Origin: Octopus bimaculoides
Taxonomy: Eukaryota
Direction of reading: 5' to 3'
Assembly (NCBI RefSeq): GCF_001194135.2
Contig: NC_068985.1
Coordinates: forward strand, 7,109,112-7,173,111
DNA length: 64,000 bases
Shown here: positions 28,141 through 39,133 of the stretch, piece by piece
Numbering within the stretch: the stretch's first letter is position 1
How the letters are laid out: the number at the start of each line of letters is the position of its first letter
Made by a program: the position numbers and the translations under genes
The notes under the pieces: generated by a model
What the model was told of the DNA's origin: nothing
Databases searched by the model: none
The model's input: only the letters and a program-made list of their open reading frames with translations

Positions 28141-28541
28141 TTGTTTCTTTATTGCCCACAGGGGACTAAACATAGAGGGGACGAAGAAGGACAGACAAGG
28201 GGATTAAGTTGTTACATCGACCCCCAGGGATTAACTCGTACTTATTTAATCGACCCCGAAATGATGGAAGTCGACCTCGGCAGAATTTGAACTCAGAACG
28301 TAACGGCAGACGAAATACTAATAATAATCCTTTACAGCTCTAGGCATAAGGCTTGAAATTTCGGGGGAGGGGGCCAGTCGATTAGATTCAACTTAGTACA
28401 CAACTAGTACTTAATCTATCGACCCCGAAAGGATGAAAGGCAAAGTCAACCTCAGCGGAATCTGAACTCAGAACTTAAACACAAACGAAATACTGCTAAG
28501 CATTTCGTCCAGTGCTCTATCGATTCTACCAGCTCACCGCC
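28141..28541 (-). mobile_element. Two head-to-tail SINE family A copies (28141-28318 with type-2 tail, 5'-truncated; 28329-28541 with type-1 tail)
   Basis: Both cores match family A, the tails differ, and short (TAA)n separates and flanks them. Confidence 0.9.
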
Positions 28542-28545
28542 TTCT

Positions 28546-28546
<1 letters not shown>

Positions 28547-28579
<33 letters not shown>

Positions 28580-28620
28580 GTAATAATAGTAATAATAATA
28601 ATAGTAATAATAATAATAAT
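28547..28620. repeat. (TAA)n microsatellite with TAG variants
   Basis: Seen directly. Confidence 0.95.
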
Positions 28621-30911
28621 CGTAAATGATGGGGAGGTTGATAATAATCAATTCTCATATGCTTTTTTTTCATTCTAGTGTCCAGGGAAACTGCGAAACA
28701 TACTTTGGAATAGAAGTACTTCATATATTTAGGAGTGGTATACGCAATTATTAATATCGACAGATAACTGACAGTATAGAATTGCACATATTTGTAAAGT
28801 ATACTTGAATAATTGTCAGTTTGTAACAACATTTACACTTTATTAATAATCATTTATAACTCTGCGTGTTTCACAGGTCACTTTTTATCTATATCTCTCC
28901 TGGAAAGATCAGTATATTAATAATAATAATAATATACTAAGTCAGTTCAGTCGGCCACGCCACCTTAATTTGTACAACATGTCGTATTAATATCCATCTC
29001 TCTCTCTTCGGTTTGTAGATATAGAATATACGTCTCAATTATATTCATGAGTGAGTAGCATCAACTCTCAAATGTCTAAAAGGTTTTACGGTAGAAGACA
29101 CTAACTAAGAGAAAAAGGAGGACCCGGAGGGAAATTAATAGATATTAATGCTAGATAAATGGCTTCAGCGAATCAAAATAACAAATCGTCACTGACGCAA
29201 CAATGTTAAAGGAAAACAAACAAAATCTTTCACCGTGCATAATTTCTCCCTGCGTTAACTGTCACCATGATATTCATGGCATTGAAAATTATGACATCAA
29301 GATTTCGGGATCAGTCTTGCAGTAATAATCATGAATTTCAGTAACTATTTACTCTTTTAAGATTTTGAAATAACAACGTAAACATCAGTTGCATTTCGAA
29401 ACAATTGTTATTTTATTTATAATACATCCATTACTGTCTATAGAGAGATGGAAATTTTAATTTAGAATGATGTGTAGTAATACATTTCAATATGAAAATC
29501 TATAGGTTATCAGTGAGTAGCATTTACTGAAGTTAAAGACGTACAGATTAGGATTCTTCTTGGAAATTGTCAGCTGGCGAGTGATTAAATGACTGAGCAA
29601 TATTATAGTGACACAGTATTAAACTAGTACAAATATTACTTGAATACACATCCAATTACACAGTAAATTCATTCAACCTACGACAGCCAAATTCATGTAT
29701 ATTTGAAGAATTTCTACTGAAATCGGTTGTAACAACTTATGATGCACTTCATTGCAGATATGACATTTTGATGTTATCCATCGAGTGACTCAGGTGAACT
29801 TTGTCATAAGTTTGAATATAAGATAGAACTGAAATTACTGAGGTTATAATTGCGAATTAGACAAAAGCGCAATTTAAGCTTCTCAAATAATAAATAATGG
29901 ATGTACTTTCTAAGTCACACATTTAAATGCTTATATATACACGTCATTTTTTTAGAAACAACTTCAATTATTAGAACTGCTGATACCCAAACTTTATGTC
30001 GTATTCTCATTTCAGTTCGACATCAATCGCAGTGAGGGATCTGCTTGCATTTTTATTCTTTCTGAGCAAAGCTAATTCCCTGAGTTTAAAATGCATCTTA
30101 CATGGTATATTGTACGCCTCTTTTAATATTGCTCAAATTGAGGTTTCTAGCAACCTTATATTATTATTTCTTAGATCATTCTTATTGTAATTAAGAAAGT
30201 TACATAAACGTCTTGCTCACGTCGCATATAGAACTGCAAACAAATTGGGGAGAAGCTTTGCCCAATACTACTGTTGAAGATAAAATATATTGTCTGCTGT
30301 GGCATTTTAATTCGTGAAAATTTTGACAACTGCAAACTACTTTTGCTTCTCATTCGTAATTGGCAGACATCACCATATGTTTCATATTTTAGCACCTCCC
30401 GAATCAAAGGTTATTTCGATAAATCAATAATTCGCCTTGTAAATATTTATTATTTATTATTTCACTTGATGTATTTATATATTGTATATCACCAACTGCC
30501 CCTCACATCGTGTTTATATAACTTATCCGTCCAATCACATGACTTTGAAATTTCATCTCACGGATTTACCAATCTCTGTGCTTTCTCCATCTCTTCAAGT
30601 CCCTGAGGATGGCGAGGATTATTAGTATTACTAAAACTTATTACATGGTATTTTAGTCAGCCAAGATGTCGTTTTGAGCTTTATTGACAAGAATTTTCCT
30701 CAAATTTCAAGCATTCTTTTCTTTTACAATTCTTTCAGTATAAAGGATTGCGCTCGTCCACTAACCAAAAATGCGTGCCTCAATTGCAATATCCTTCAAC
30801 CTCTTAGATTGCACTTTGGTTTTTGTGCCAAATGTACCACTTACTACGCGATTAATTGTCATCTTATCTGCCACCGTTTCTTTATCTCTCGGCTAAGTCC
30901 TGATATTTCAG

Positions 30912-31324
30912 AATAAGTGACGAAATACTTCTGAAAGACTTGCTAGACTTGGGCATTTGTCAAGTGGACGAGAAATTAATACAGGAAATTCCGTAAATTT
31001 TCATTGTTACATATAGATCGCAGATTTGCTGAACAACTTTTCATTTTTTTTAATTTTATTTTATTCGGAACTATTTTAAACACGCAATTGACATATTTTA
31101 GATTCATCCAGGGTTTACTAAACTCTTTACGTAAATGTAAAATAAATCAAGCAGAGCATCGCAGTAAAGAAACGTGTAGAATATATCTGGAAGCTTAATT
31201 GATTACTTTCACCTTTAGTTGTAGAAGAAATGTCTGTGTACTACTTCATCATCCAGTTTATGATAAATCCGTACCATTCCTGAATTTTAGTCAAAGGAGG
31301 AGACACAGTACTGATGATATTTAG
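30912..31324 (+). CDS. Candidate spliced exon pair (30912-30992 and 31219-31324), unknown product
   Basis: tttcag acceptor, 81-nt open exon, GT..AG intron of 226 nt ending in tactttcacctttag; phase-compatible join gives ISDEILLKDLLDLGICQVDEKLIQEIPCRRNVCVLLHHPVYDKSVPFLNFSQRRRHSTDDI*. No homology recognised and it could be chance. Confidence 0.2.
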
Positions 31325-33339
31325 AACGTCATGCATACATCTAGAATAAGGCTTACATCTAAACCATCATCAGCTATTACGAGTCAGTGTCTGAATGGAA
31401 GCAGCTGGATTATAAATACTCAAAAGCAATTCTAGATGTTTATATTCAACCGGGACTTGTGTCATTTCACTTCATCCAGATATTAAAAAGTTGGCGTTCT
31501 CGATCGCAAAACATTTACTATCAGTAAAGTAATGCAGCCGATTGACATGTTATACATTGTAATTTTACTACCTATGTTAGAAAACAGTTTCTATTGCGAT
31601 TATAGCCTTTCATAGCTGAGTATATCATAAATCACTCTACGTATCCCTTACGAGTGTGAATAAAGAAGTGATATAGACCTGAAGAAAAGAAAAGCGACCT
31701 TCGTAGCTTTACAACATTCATTCCACATATGAGTGTTTTTGTCTGTGTGTGCGTATGATACATGTTAAATAATATCAGTTGAAACTCAGGTACTATGATT
31801 TTATAATTGTTTAACTGAAATGCCATACAGTTTCACGCTAAGATGTTATTTATATCAAAAGGGGGAAATGTTGTCAAAGAAAATATAATAGTTATTATTT
31901 GCTGTGTATGCATTAAAGTGTTGACCAGGCATTAGTAATTTGATCTGAATAATTTCCTCAAAAAACTGAATTCTAATTTACTTTTACATAGAACTTATTT
32001 TTGCTTTTAATCTGACACAAACTGCTCGAAATTTCCTTGGTAATTTGGCACAAAGTTTCCGGCAAAACAGAACAAATTGTTACAGGAGACTGCGTTATAA
32101 AATATTCTTGGTAATCTGATAAAAGCCTCACTAATGGAAAGATGTTCAATTTGAATAGCTAAAAAAATAGAAAATAAACAACTGAAGGGTTCGATAATAT
32201 GTTAAAATTTCTTTTCAAATGTCTTTGCGGCTTTTTTCATCGTTAGCATTACATTTAACGACAGTGTAATAACATGAAAACTTCAATTAAATGAGTCATG
32301 CAACTTTCTCGATAGAAACTATGTTTCTTTCATGTTTTTTGTTCATTTCTGGCTTTTATTGAGTCTTCTTGTTATTTTATTGATGCCATCATTTCCAGTT
32401 AACACAAGTAAATTCAGTGCTTACTTACAAATTCCAACTTCTTTCGGTTAGAATTGCTTTTCTGTGAGCACACTATGTAATTAAGTAGCGGTTACCATAC
32501 AACAACGGCTTAGAACGATTTGTAACAATTCAAATGTTGTATACAGCATAAATGAGAACACTGTCTGAAACATAATACAATTTAACAAATGAAGTTTTAC
32601 TACAACATTTTATATGTAAATACTTCCACTCGTTGTTAGATAGAAATTTACTAGCACCGCAGATAACCATGACATTTTGAGGAACCTATTTTAAATCATG
32701 ATTTCTTGCTTCTAGCCAATTCGCTTCGCTAACAAAACTAATAGTCTCAATAATACAAAGAGAATCTTATTTCTTGCCTGATTGTTGACGATTTCGGCCT
32801 AAATTATCGGGTGCCACTATTCACAATTTATAAAATTTATCGAGATGATGACCACCGTCATGATTGTGACGATAACATTGATCGTTAGATGTTAATTATT
32901 AAGATGAAGATGCTGTAGTCGGACATCATCCTAACTGTTGTTGTCACGACTAGTGCTAATAAAACAATATCTTCAATAATTTAAACATTAACGGATGGCA
33001 TAATAATCATTGTAACTTGTTTCTTTTCAACTGATTATTCTCAAACCTCCTCGTCTCATTATTATCATCGTTATCGTTTCTGCTAGACTAACTTGATCCT
33101 CACCGCCACCACCATCATCATCATTATTATTGATTTACTTCTCATAGCGCTCGGTCGTGTTTGCTCTGGTAGATTCTGTGAGAGCGGACTGCAACCTGAT
33201 GTCACAGGTCTCACGGCGTCTCTTTACGCACATTATAACCTTTGATATTTAGTTGTTAAATATTGAGAGAGACATTCATCAGCCAAGTACCAATCGCAAA
33301 ATCCGAGCTGTCCCCAGCAGAGCCGTTTTGGGGGCACAA

Positions 33340-34055
33340 CAGATTAGACTGTATGAAAAGAAAAAATCTTAACATCGGGCTACAACAAGTAACCTTAGAT
33401 GCCAAGAACCCTCCTACGTATCATAGATGTCTCTAATAACACTGTTTCCTGGAGCTGTACTAAACTGGGTTTTATGGCTATATCCTTTATCCATCTGTTC
33501 AAATCTTTAGGGAAAACCCCTAATGCACTTATAACTACTGGGATAAATTTGACCCGCACTTTCCATACTTTCTTTAAATCAATGCCTAGGTCGTAGTATT
33601 TTCCTATTTCATTGAAACCTCTGATATTGATTTTCTCATCATTTGGGACTGTAAAGTGAATTATCTGACATTTTCTATTCTCTTTACTACTACTAAATCA
33701 GGTCTTCTAATATCTGTTGCACTGTCAGTGTGAATATTAAAGTCCTACAACATCTTATATTTCATACATTCTAGTATTTTACTAGGTTCATGTCCATACC
33801 ATTTATCAGTATCGTCAAAGACTAGCTTATTCATGACTGCCACTGGGTTACTCTCACTAGATTGTCATGTCTTTTATTGTATTCTTTATGCGCCAGCATG
33901 CTACATTCACTTACTACATGAGTAACACATTACTCTTTTGATTTGTATAAGCTACATAGGTAATTTACTTGGTCTTTGTCTTGGTTTTATCCAATTAGTC
34001 CTCAGTGCTTGATCATGTGCTACTTCTAACAACATTCTGCCGACCTTTCCGGCCA
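33340..34055 (-). mobile_element. R4/Dong-like copy 4 (zinc knuckle and RLE, 5'-truncated)
   Basis: AHDQALRTNWIK..THVVSECSMLAHKEYNKRHDN..IRRPDLVVV..KYYDLGIDLKKVW..IPVVISALG..RRRVLGI* (stop at 33395-33397). The 3' UTR extent is uncertain. Confidence 0.9.
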
Positions 34056-34081
34056 TTCTTCTTCTTCTTCTTCTTCTTCTT

Positions 34082-34143
<62 letters not shown>
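34056..34143. repeat. Compound (TTC)n(TTA)n microsatellite
   Basis: Seen directly. Confidence 0.97.
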
Positions 34144-34144
<1 letters not shown>

Positions 34145-34572
34145 TGTGAAGAAAAAGTTTTGAATGCCACAACAGTGCACGACAATACAAACAAAGGGCT
34201 ATATACCTGTGATAATTTAGTCATATATAGTCTGATAATATTTCGGAATAAAATTCCTTCATATATTCTTATATGGATTCGCTGCTATAATCGGTTTTCC
34301 AACGGATTTCCTTTGTTTTTTTATTTCGGAAGCGTCTCAGCAGTGGTCTCACGAAGCTCATTCCCGAATTCCTCAAGAGAAGTGCGTGAGGTCGGTCACG
34401 TCTCAATCGCTTTTGTACTGGAAAAAACGGAACGCTGCTTGTAAGTACCAGCACACACGAGATTGAGACATGGCCGACCTCACGCACTTCGCATGAGAAA
34501 TTCCCGAAGGAGCTTCGTGTTTGTATTATAGTGCATTGTTGTACCATTCAAAACTTTTATTCTTTACAAATA
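34141..34572. repeat. Asymmetric foldback (nested inverted repeat) element of unknown class
   Basis: 34379-34408 pairs with 34461-34490 (28/30), 34350-34370 with 34499-34519 (18/21), and 34141-34192 with 34519-34572 (imperfect). Confidence 0.85.
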
Positions 34573-34606
34573 ATACACAATGCGTCAAGCGAACTACAAT
34601 ACTATC

Positions 34607-34654
<48 letters not shown>

Positions 34655-34741
34655 GAGACCTCACNNNNNNNNNNNNNNNNNNNNNNNNNNNNNNNNNNNN
34701 NNNNNNNNNNNNNNNNNNNNNNNNNNNNNTACAATACTATC

Positions 34742-34780
<39 letters not shown>

Positions 34781-34783
<3 letters not shown>

Positions 34784-35530
34784 GAGACCTCACAGCTTAT
34801 TTTGATGGGTATGGTAGAAAGTTTCAGCTGTCCACAGCCAACAGCCAAAGGTGACATTTGTTTACAGGTCATGCTTCAAGAACCCTGCGAAGAATTCCTG
34901 CAGTTCCAAGCAATATTGATTTTTTAAAGTGTTCTATCTTCACCCTTGCACCAATCTTTTTTCAGCCATGTTGGTAGTTGAGCGCTGATACATCCAAGTG
35001 CACCAATTACTATTGGTATCAAGTCTAACTCTCTTCATTGACCATAACCTTCGTATTTCCCACTTTAAATTGTCTTAGTTGTTTATTTTTTCTTCTTTCT
35101 TATCGGTCCTGTTGTCACCGGGGCATACTATGTCGATTATCATACATGTTCTTTCTTTTTTATTCACGACAACAATGTCTGGTTTCCTATGTCTGGTCAG
35201 GTGATTGCACTCGATCATTACACCCCATAGGATTTTGCAGTTTTCATTTTTGATGAATCTTTCTGGGGTTTGTTCATACCACATCTTTGCTCTTTGTAGG
35301 ACGTGATTTCTACAGAGCTCTAAATGGATCATTATTGCCACATTGTTCTGGCGTTGTACCGTTTCATCTCCCTCACCACACATTCTGCATTTGTCGCTAT
35401 CTGTAATGTTGTCAATTCTACACTTAGTATAATTGGTCCTTAATGCTTGTTCTTGAGCTGTGCATATGAGTGCATCTGTCTCTATCTCCAGGCCACTCCT
35501 CATCCATAGCAACCGGTCCACTTTTTTTTA
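34781..35530 (-). mobile_element. R4/Dong-like copy 5 (zinc knuckle and RLE, 5'-truncated), with (TAA)n on both sides
   Basis: ETDALICTAQEQALRTNY..KCRMCGEGDETV[short deletion]..HRKPDIVVV..IIDIVCPGD..ILLGTAGILRRVLEA*. Tail at 34740-34780 and TAA units at about 35545-35560. Confidence 0.92.
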
Positions 35531-35649
35531 TATTCTGCCCTATTCATTATTATTATTATCATTAAGTTGGCGATTAGGAGGAATCGATAGTACGCCAAAC
35601 AAAGAAAGAGAGAGTAAAGTGGTGTGGCAGTCCTGATTAAAAACTGCCC

Positions 35650-35880
35650 TAATGTATGTGTGTGTTTATATCTGTGTGTGTCTCCCCACCGGCCGCTTAA
35701 CAACTGACTGTTGGCGTTTTTCGTTCCCGTAACGTAGCGTTTCGGCAGAAAAGACTGATGGAATACGTAACAAATATTCAAAAGTATTGCGGTTGATTCA
35801 TTCGCTTAAAACATTTCTAAGTCGGCACCCCCAACATGACCACCAATGATTATGATTGAAGCAAGTAAAAGAAAGAAAAA
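35650..35880 (+). mobile_element. SINE family B 3' half, diverged
   Basis: (TG)-rich spacer then tctccccacc..gttggcg..ccgtaac.tagcg.ttcggca..cagcatgacc, collinear with 5860-6055. Confidence 0.7.
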
Positions 35881-36871
35881 CTTTCAGTTTTAATATGTGC
35901 TGCTTCGGAAACAGAACGTTTCCTTTTTAAACTACTTCAGATCGTTGCTGATATAATTTTCTTAATAACTAGCCTGTATCTTCCTCATTTTTGGAGCCAT
36001 TATGTTGTTAGTGAACAATAACCCAAAAAGAAAACATTCTCTTTTGCAATTTTCTTTCTTTAAAGAAGTAAACATGGGATTTAAATTGGTTCCATTAGTT
36101 AAACAGAAACTTTTAGTAGTATCTTATTTAGTCACGCCTTGGTTGCTCTAACATTAATGATTCCACGGTTATGTTTCTTTAAAAGCATTTGTTTACACAT
36201 GTGTATCATTTATATCATTTTAAACTCCGAAAATTAAATAAAGAATATCCGTCTACAATTATTGCTTATAAATTCTGACTTTAACGCAACACATTATTGC
36301 GTCCATTCCTCTCAAACGTCTTAAATGTCGGTCTTAATAAATTTGGCAGTTGAGGAATGAGATTTCCATTGAAGCTGTATAGTAATTCTCTAATCATAAT
36401 AAAACATTTTCTACTACACTTTTCAGACGAAAGTGAAATTCACAGGAAAGAGGAAATATATAAGATGTATTTGTTATATATGTTTGTGTGTGTGTGAATG
36501 TGTGTGAAGACGTTGGTTCTCTGTTGGAAAGTTTCATATCTTGTACCTACAATTTCTTTCTTAACATGGGTTCTTCCATGACATTGGCGCCTTGAAAGTC
36601 GTCTGAAGAGCTGATCAGATATACAGCAGCAATGTCCCAGTTCAGTGTATCCTCTCTTCTACGCTTTTATTACTATAATGTTCAAGTGCCACTTCAATCC
36701 TTCTCGTGACTTTCAGTATTTCTTATATNNNNNNNNNNNNNNNNNNNNNNNNNNNNNNNNNNNNNNNNNNNNNNNNNNNNNNNNNNNNNNNNNNNNNNNN
36801 NNNNNNNNNNNNNNNNNNNNNNNNNNNNNNNNNNNNNNNNNNNNNNNNNNNNNNNNNNNNNNNNNNNNNNN

Positions 36872-36924
36872 TTTGTCGAAATATTTTCGTCGCGGTCTCA
36901 AAGCGACGAAAATATTTTGACAAA
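36872..36924. repeat. Inverted repeat, 22-bp stem (one G-T pair) and 9-nt loop, starting at a gap edge
   Basis: tttgtcgaaatattttcgtcgc-ggtctcaaa-gcgacgaaaatattttgacaaa. Confidence 0.9.
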
Positions 36925-37485
36925 TTAAATTTAAATGTTGAAGTGAATCTAACGGATTTTGTGTGTTATTTTAAATGGCTTATAAACACCTTCCACGCTG
37001 CAATTGATTTCGTTCCAGCACACGATCTCAGATCAGGTCACTTGCTATGCAAGTACATCTCTGTAATATATATATATATATATATATATGTATAAAATCA
37101 TATTTCTTTTGTACTTACGACTTCGTATGTTATTCGTTGAACCCCTCTATGTGGAATTGTACTTCCTCCAGGCAGCATAATACTTACATTAGATAAATAG
37201 TTAAGGCATTGATTATTTGCATATGCAAACATTGCAGATCGATGCATACAAGAACACATGTAATCACATATGTCTAGCTTTCTCTCTGCCTTTCTCTCTC
37301 CCTCTATTTTTCTCCATGTAAATGTATATCCTTTTGTTTTTTGAATGTTGGATCGCGAAGTTGACAACGCTATAAATAATAGACAAATAAATAATAGACC
37401 AATTGATCAGAAAAAAAACCGATTTTCTCGAATCAAAGACTTTTAACCTGATATTTAGACGCCATTGTAACTTTATCTGCTTTAA

Positions 37486-38818
37486 GATTTGTTAGACGCA
37501 AACTGAAAGAAGACCGTCGTGTGTGTGTGTGTGCGTGTGTGTGTGTGTGCGTGTGTGTGTGTGTGTGTGTGCGTGTGCGTGTGCGTGCGACATACATAAA
37601 TGTAGTTCGTTAGAATTAGTACTCAACACTCCACTGGTGGATAAATAAATTCTTTATTTGTGAATGAAGGCTACCATTGGTTTCATGTTAAGAAGAGTTC
37701 AAAAATATCCAAGTATCTTAGCAATTTTTCCAGCCGATCACACGAAGAAAGATGTTTGCCTACGGACTGAGATTCGCTTCCATCTCTGACTCGCCACAAC
37801 CTCCGAACCCCTGAGTAAAGTGCTGGCGAAGGCGTCTCACGTCTGCCTGCACTGGAAAAAGGTGGGCTGTTACCCTTTGAATAAAAAGGGTGCCGAAAGA
37901 GGAGCCGGGGAAAGGAGGATCAGCCCTTAATCGAGAATCTAATTATCAGGAACTGCAAGAGACGACACAATGACCTGAGCTTGGCTTCGGTTGACTATCG
38001 CAAAACATACGATATGATACCACACTCTTGGATAATAAAAGAATGGAAATGTATGGAGTAGCAGAAAACATAAGAAACCTTATACGGAATAGCATAAAAT
38101 GTTGGAGAATGGAATTGACAGCAGGGAAGCAATTATTATGAGAGTTGAAAATGAAGAGAAGACACTTCCAGAGGGACAGTGATCAGGCAGCGAAAATGCT
38201 ACATTGGAAACTGTGCAAAAAGTGGGGGATAGAGAGAGACAAGACGTGGTATGAGCACAAACAGCAGAAAGTGGCGGAGTCAGAGACTACTAAAATCCTT
38301 TCAGATTTCCCAATCCAAACAAATCAGGCGCTAGAGCATAACAGACCGGACCTACTGGTGATGGACAAGGTGCACCACATATGCTGTGTAGTTGATGATG
38401 CATGGCCCTTTGACGCACGAATAGCCAAGAAGGAAGGCAAAAAGATAAAGAATTACAACACTCTTAGGTAGGAAATAGCCCGGCTATGGAAAATGAAGGA
38501 GGTGAAGATAGTGTCAATTATTGTTGGGTCATTGGCGACAGCATCAGAAGGCATCGATATAAAAGAAATTGGAATAGAGTGGCCAGTAGAAGTCTTAGAA
38601 AAGTTTTGCCTCCTTGGAACGGCCAGAATAATAAGGAAAGTATTAGGCAGCTGAAAACAACGAATAACATGGTGCTGTAGGTAGTAAGCCCGCTATGCGT
38701 GCGAGACTCCAGGAGTTCAAACAAAACCTGTGATAAATAGAAAATAATAATAATAAATGTTCTGATGCAACACTAAGCACTGGTTTTATGGCTCCTTATC
38801 TTAACTGATAAGAAGTGC

Positions 38819-38868
<50 letters not shown>

Positions 38869-39133
38869 NNNNNNNNNNTTCTTTCTCTCACTCTGTGTGT
38901 GTGTGTGTGTGTATGTGTGTGTATCCGTGTCCGTGTGTCTCTCACCACCACTTGACTTGACGATCTGTTTTGGTGTGTTTACGTCCTCGTATCCTTAGTG
39001 GTGGAGCAAGCGATAACGCTAGAATAAGTAAAACGCTCAAAAATGGTACTGGGGCCTATTCATTCGACTAAAATTTCTTTAAGATAGTTGCCCCAGCATG
39101 ACCACAATCTGACTGAAACAAGTAAAAGATAGA
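37486..39133 (+). mobile_element. SINE family B copy apparently split at its (TG)n spacer (pieces 37486-37590 and 38819-39133)
   Basis: The left piece ends gaaagaagaccgtcg(TG)n, the right piece resumes (TG)n-tctctcaccacc..ccagcatgaccac..gactgaaacaagtaaaag, and R4/Dong copy 6 lies between them. Confidence 0.6.
37852..38756 (+). mobile_element. R4/Dong-like copy 6: N-terminal RT motifs fused by deletion to the RLE, (TAA)n tail
   Basis: LLPFE*KGCR..VDYRKTYDMIPHSWI..FQRDS joined directly to DQAAKMLHWKLC..NRPDLLV..EIARLWKMKEV..RKVL; ends gaaaataataataataa. Confidence 0.92.

Noticed and set aside
27287-28832. Long poly-Y, poly-N and poly-L ORFs (290 aa at 27287-28159 and others), and the poly-R/I ORF at 33952-34224
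   Set aside because: They arise from (TAA)n/(TTC)n tracts plus antisense read-through of LINE remnants.
34595-34794. Apparent tandem duplication of tacaatactatc(tta)n-atatgagacctcac
   Set aside because: The two copies flank an N-gap, most likely the same sequence assembled twice.
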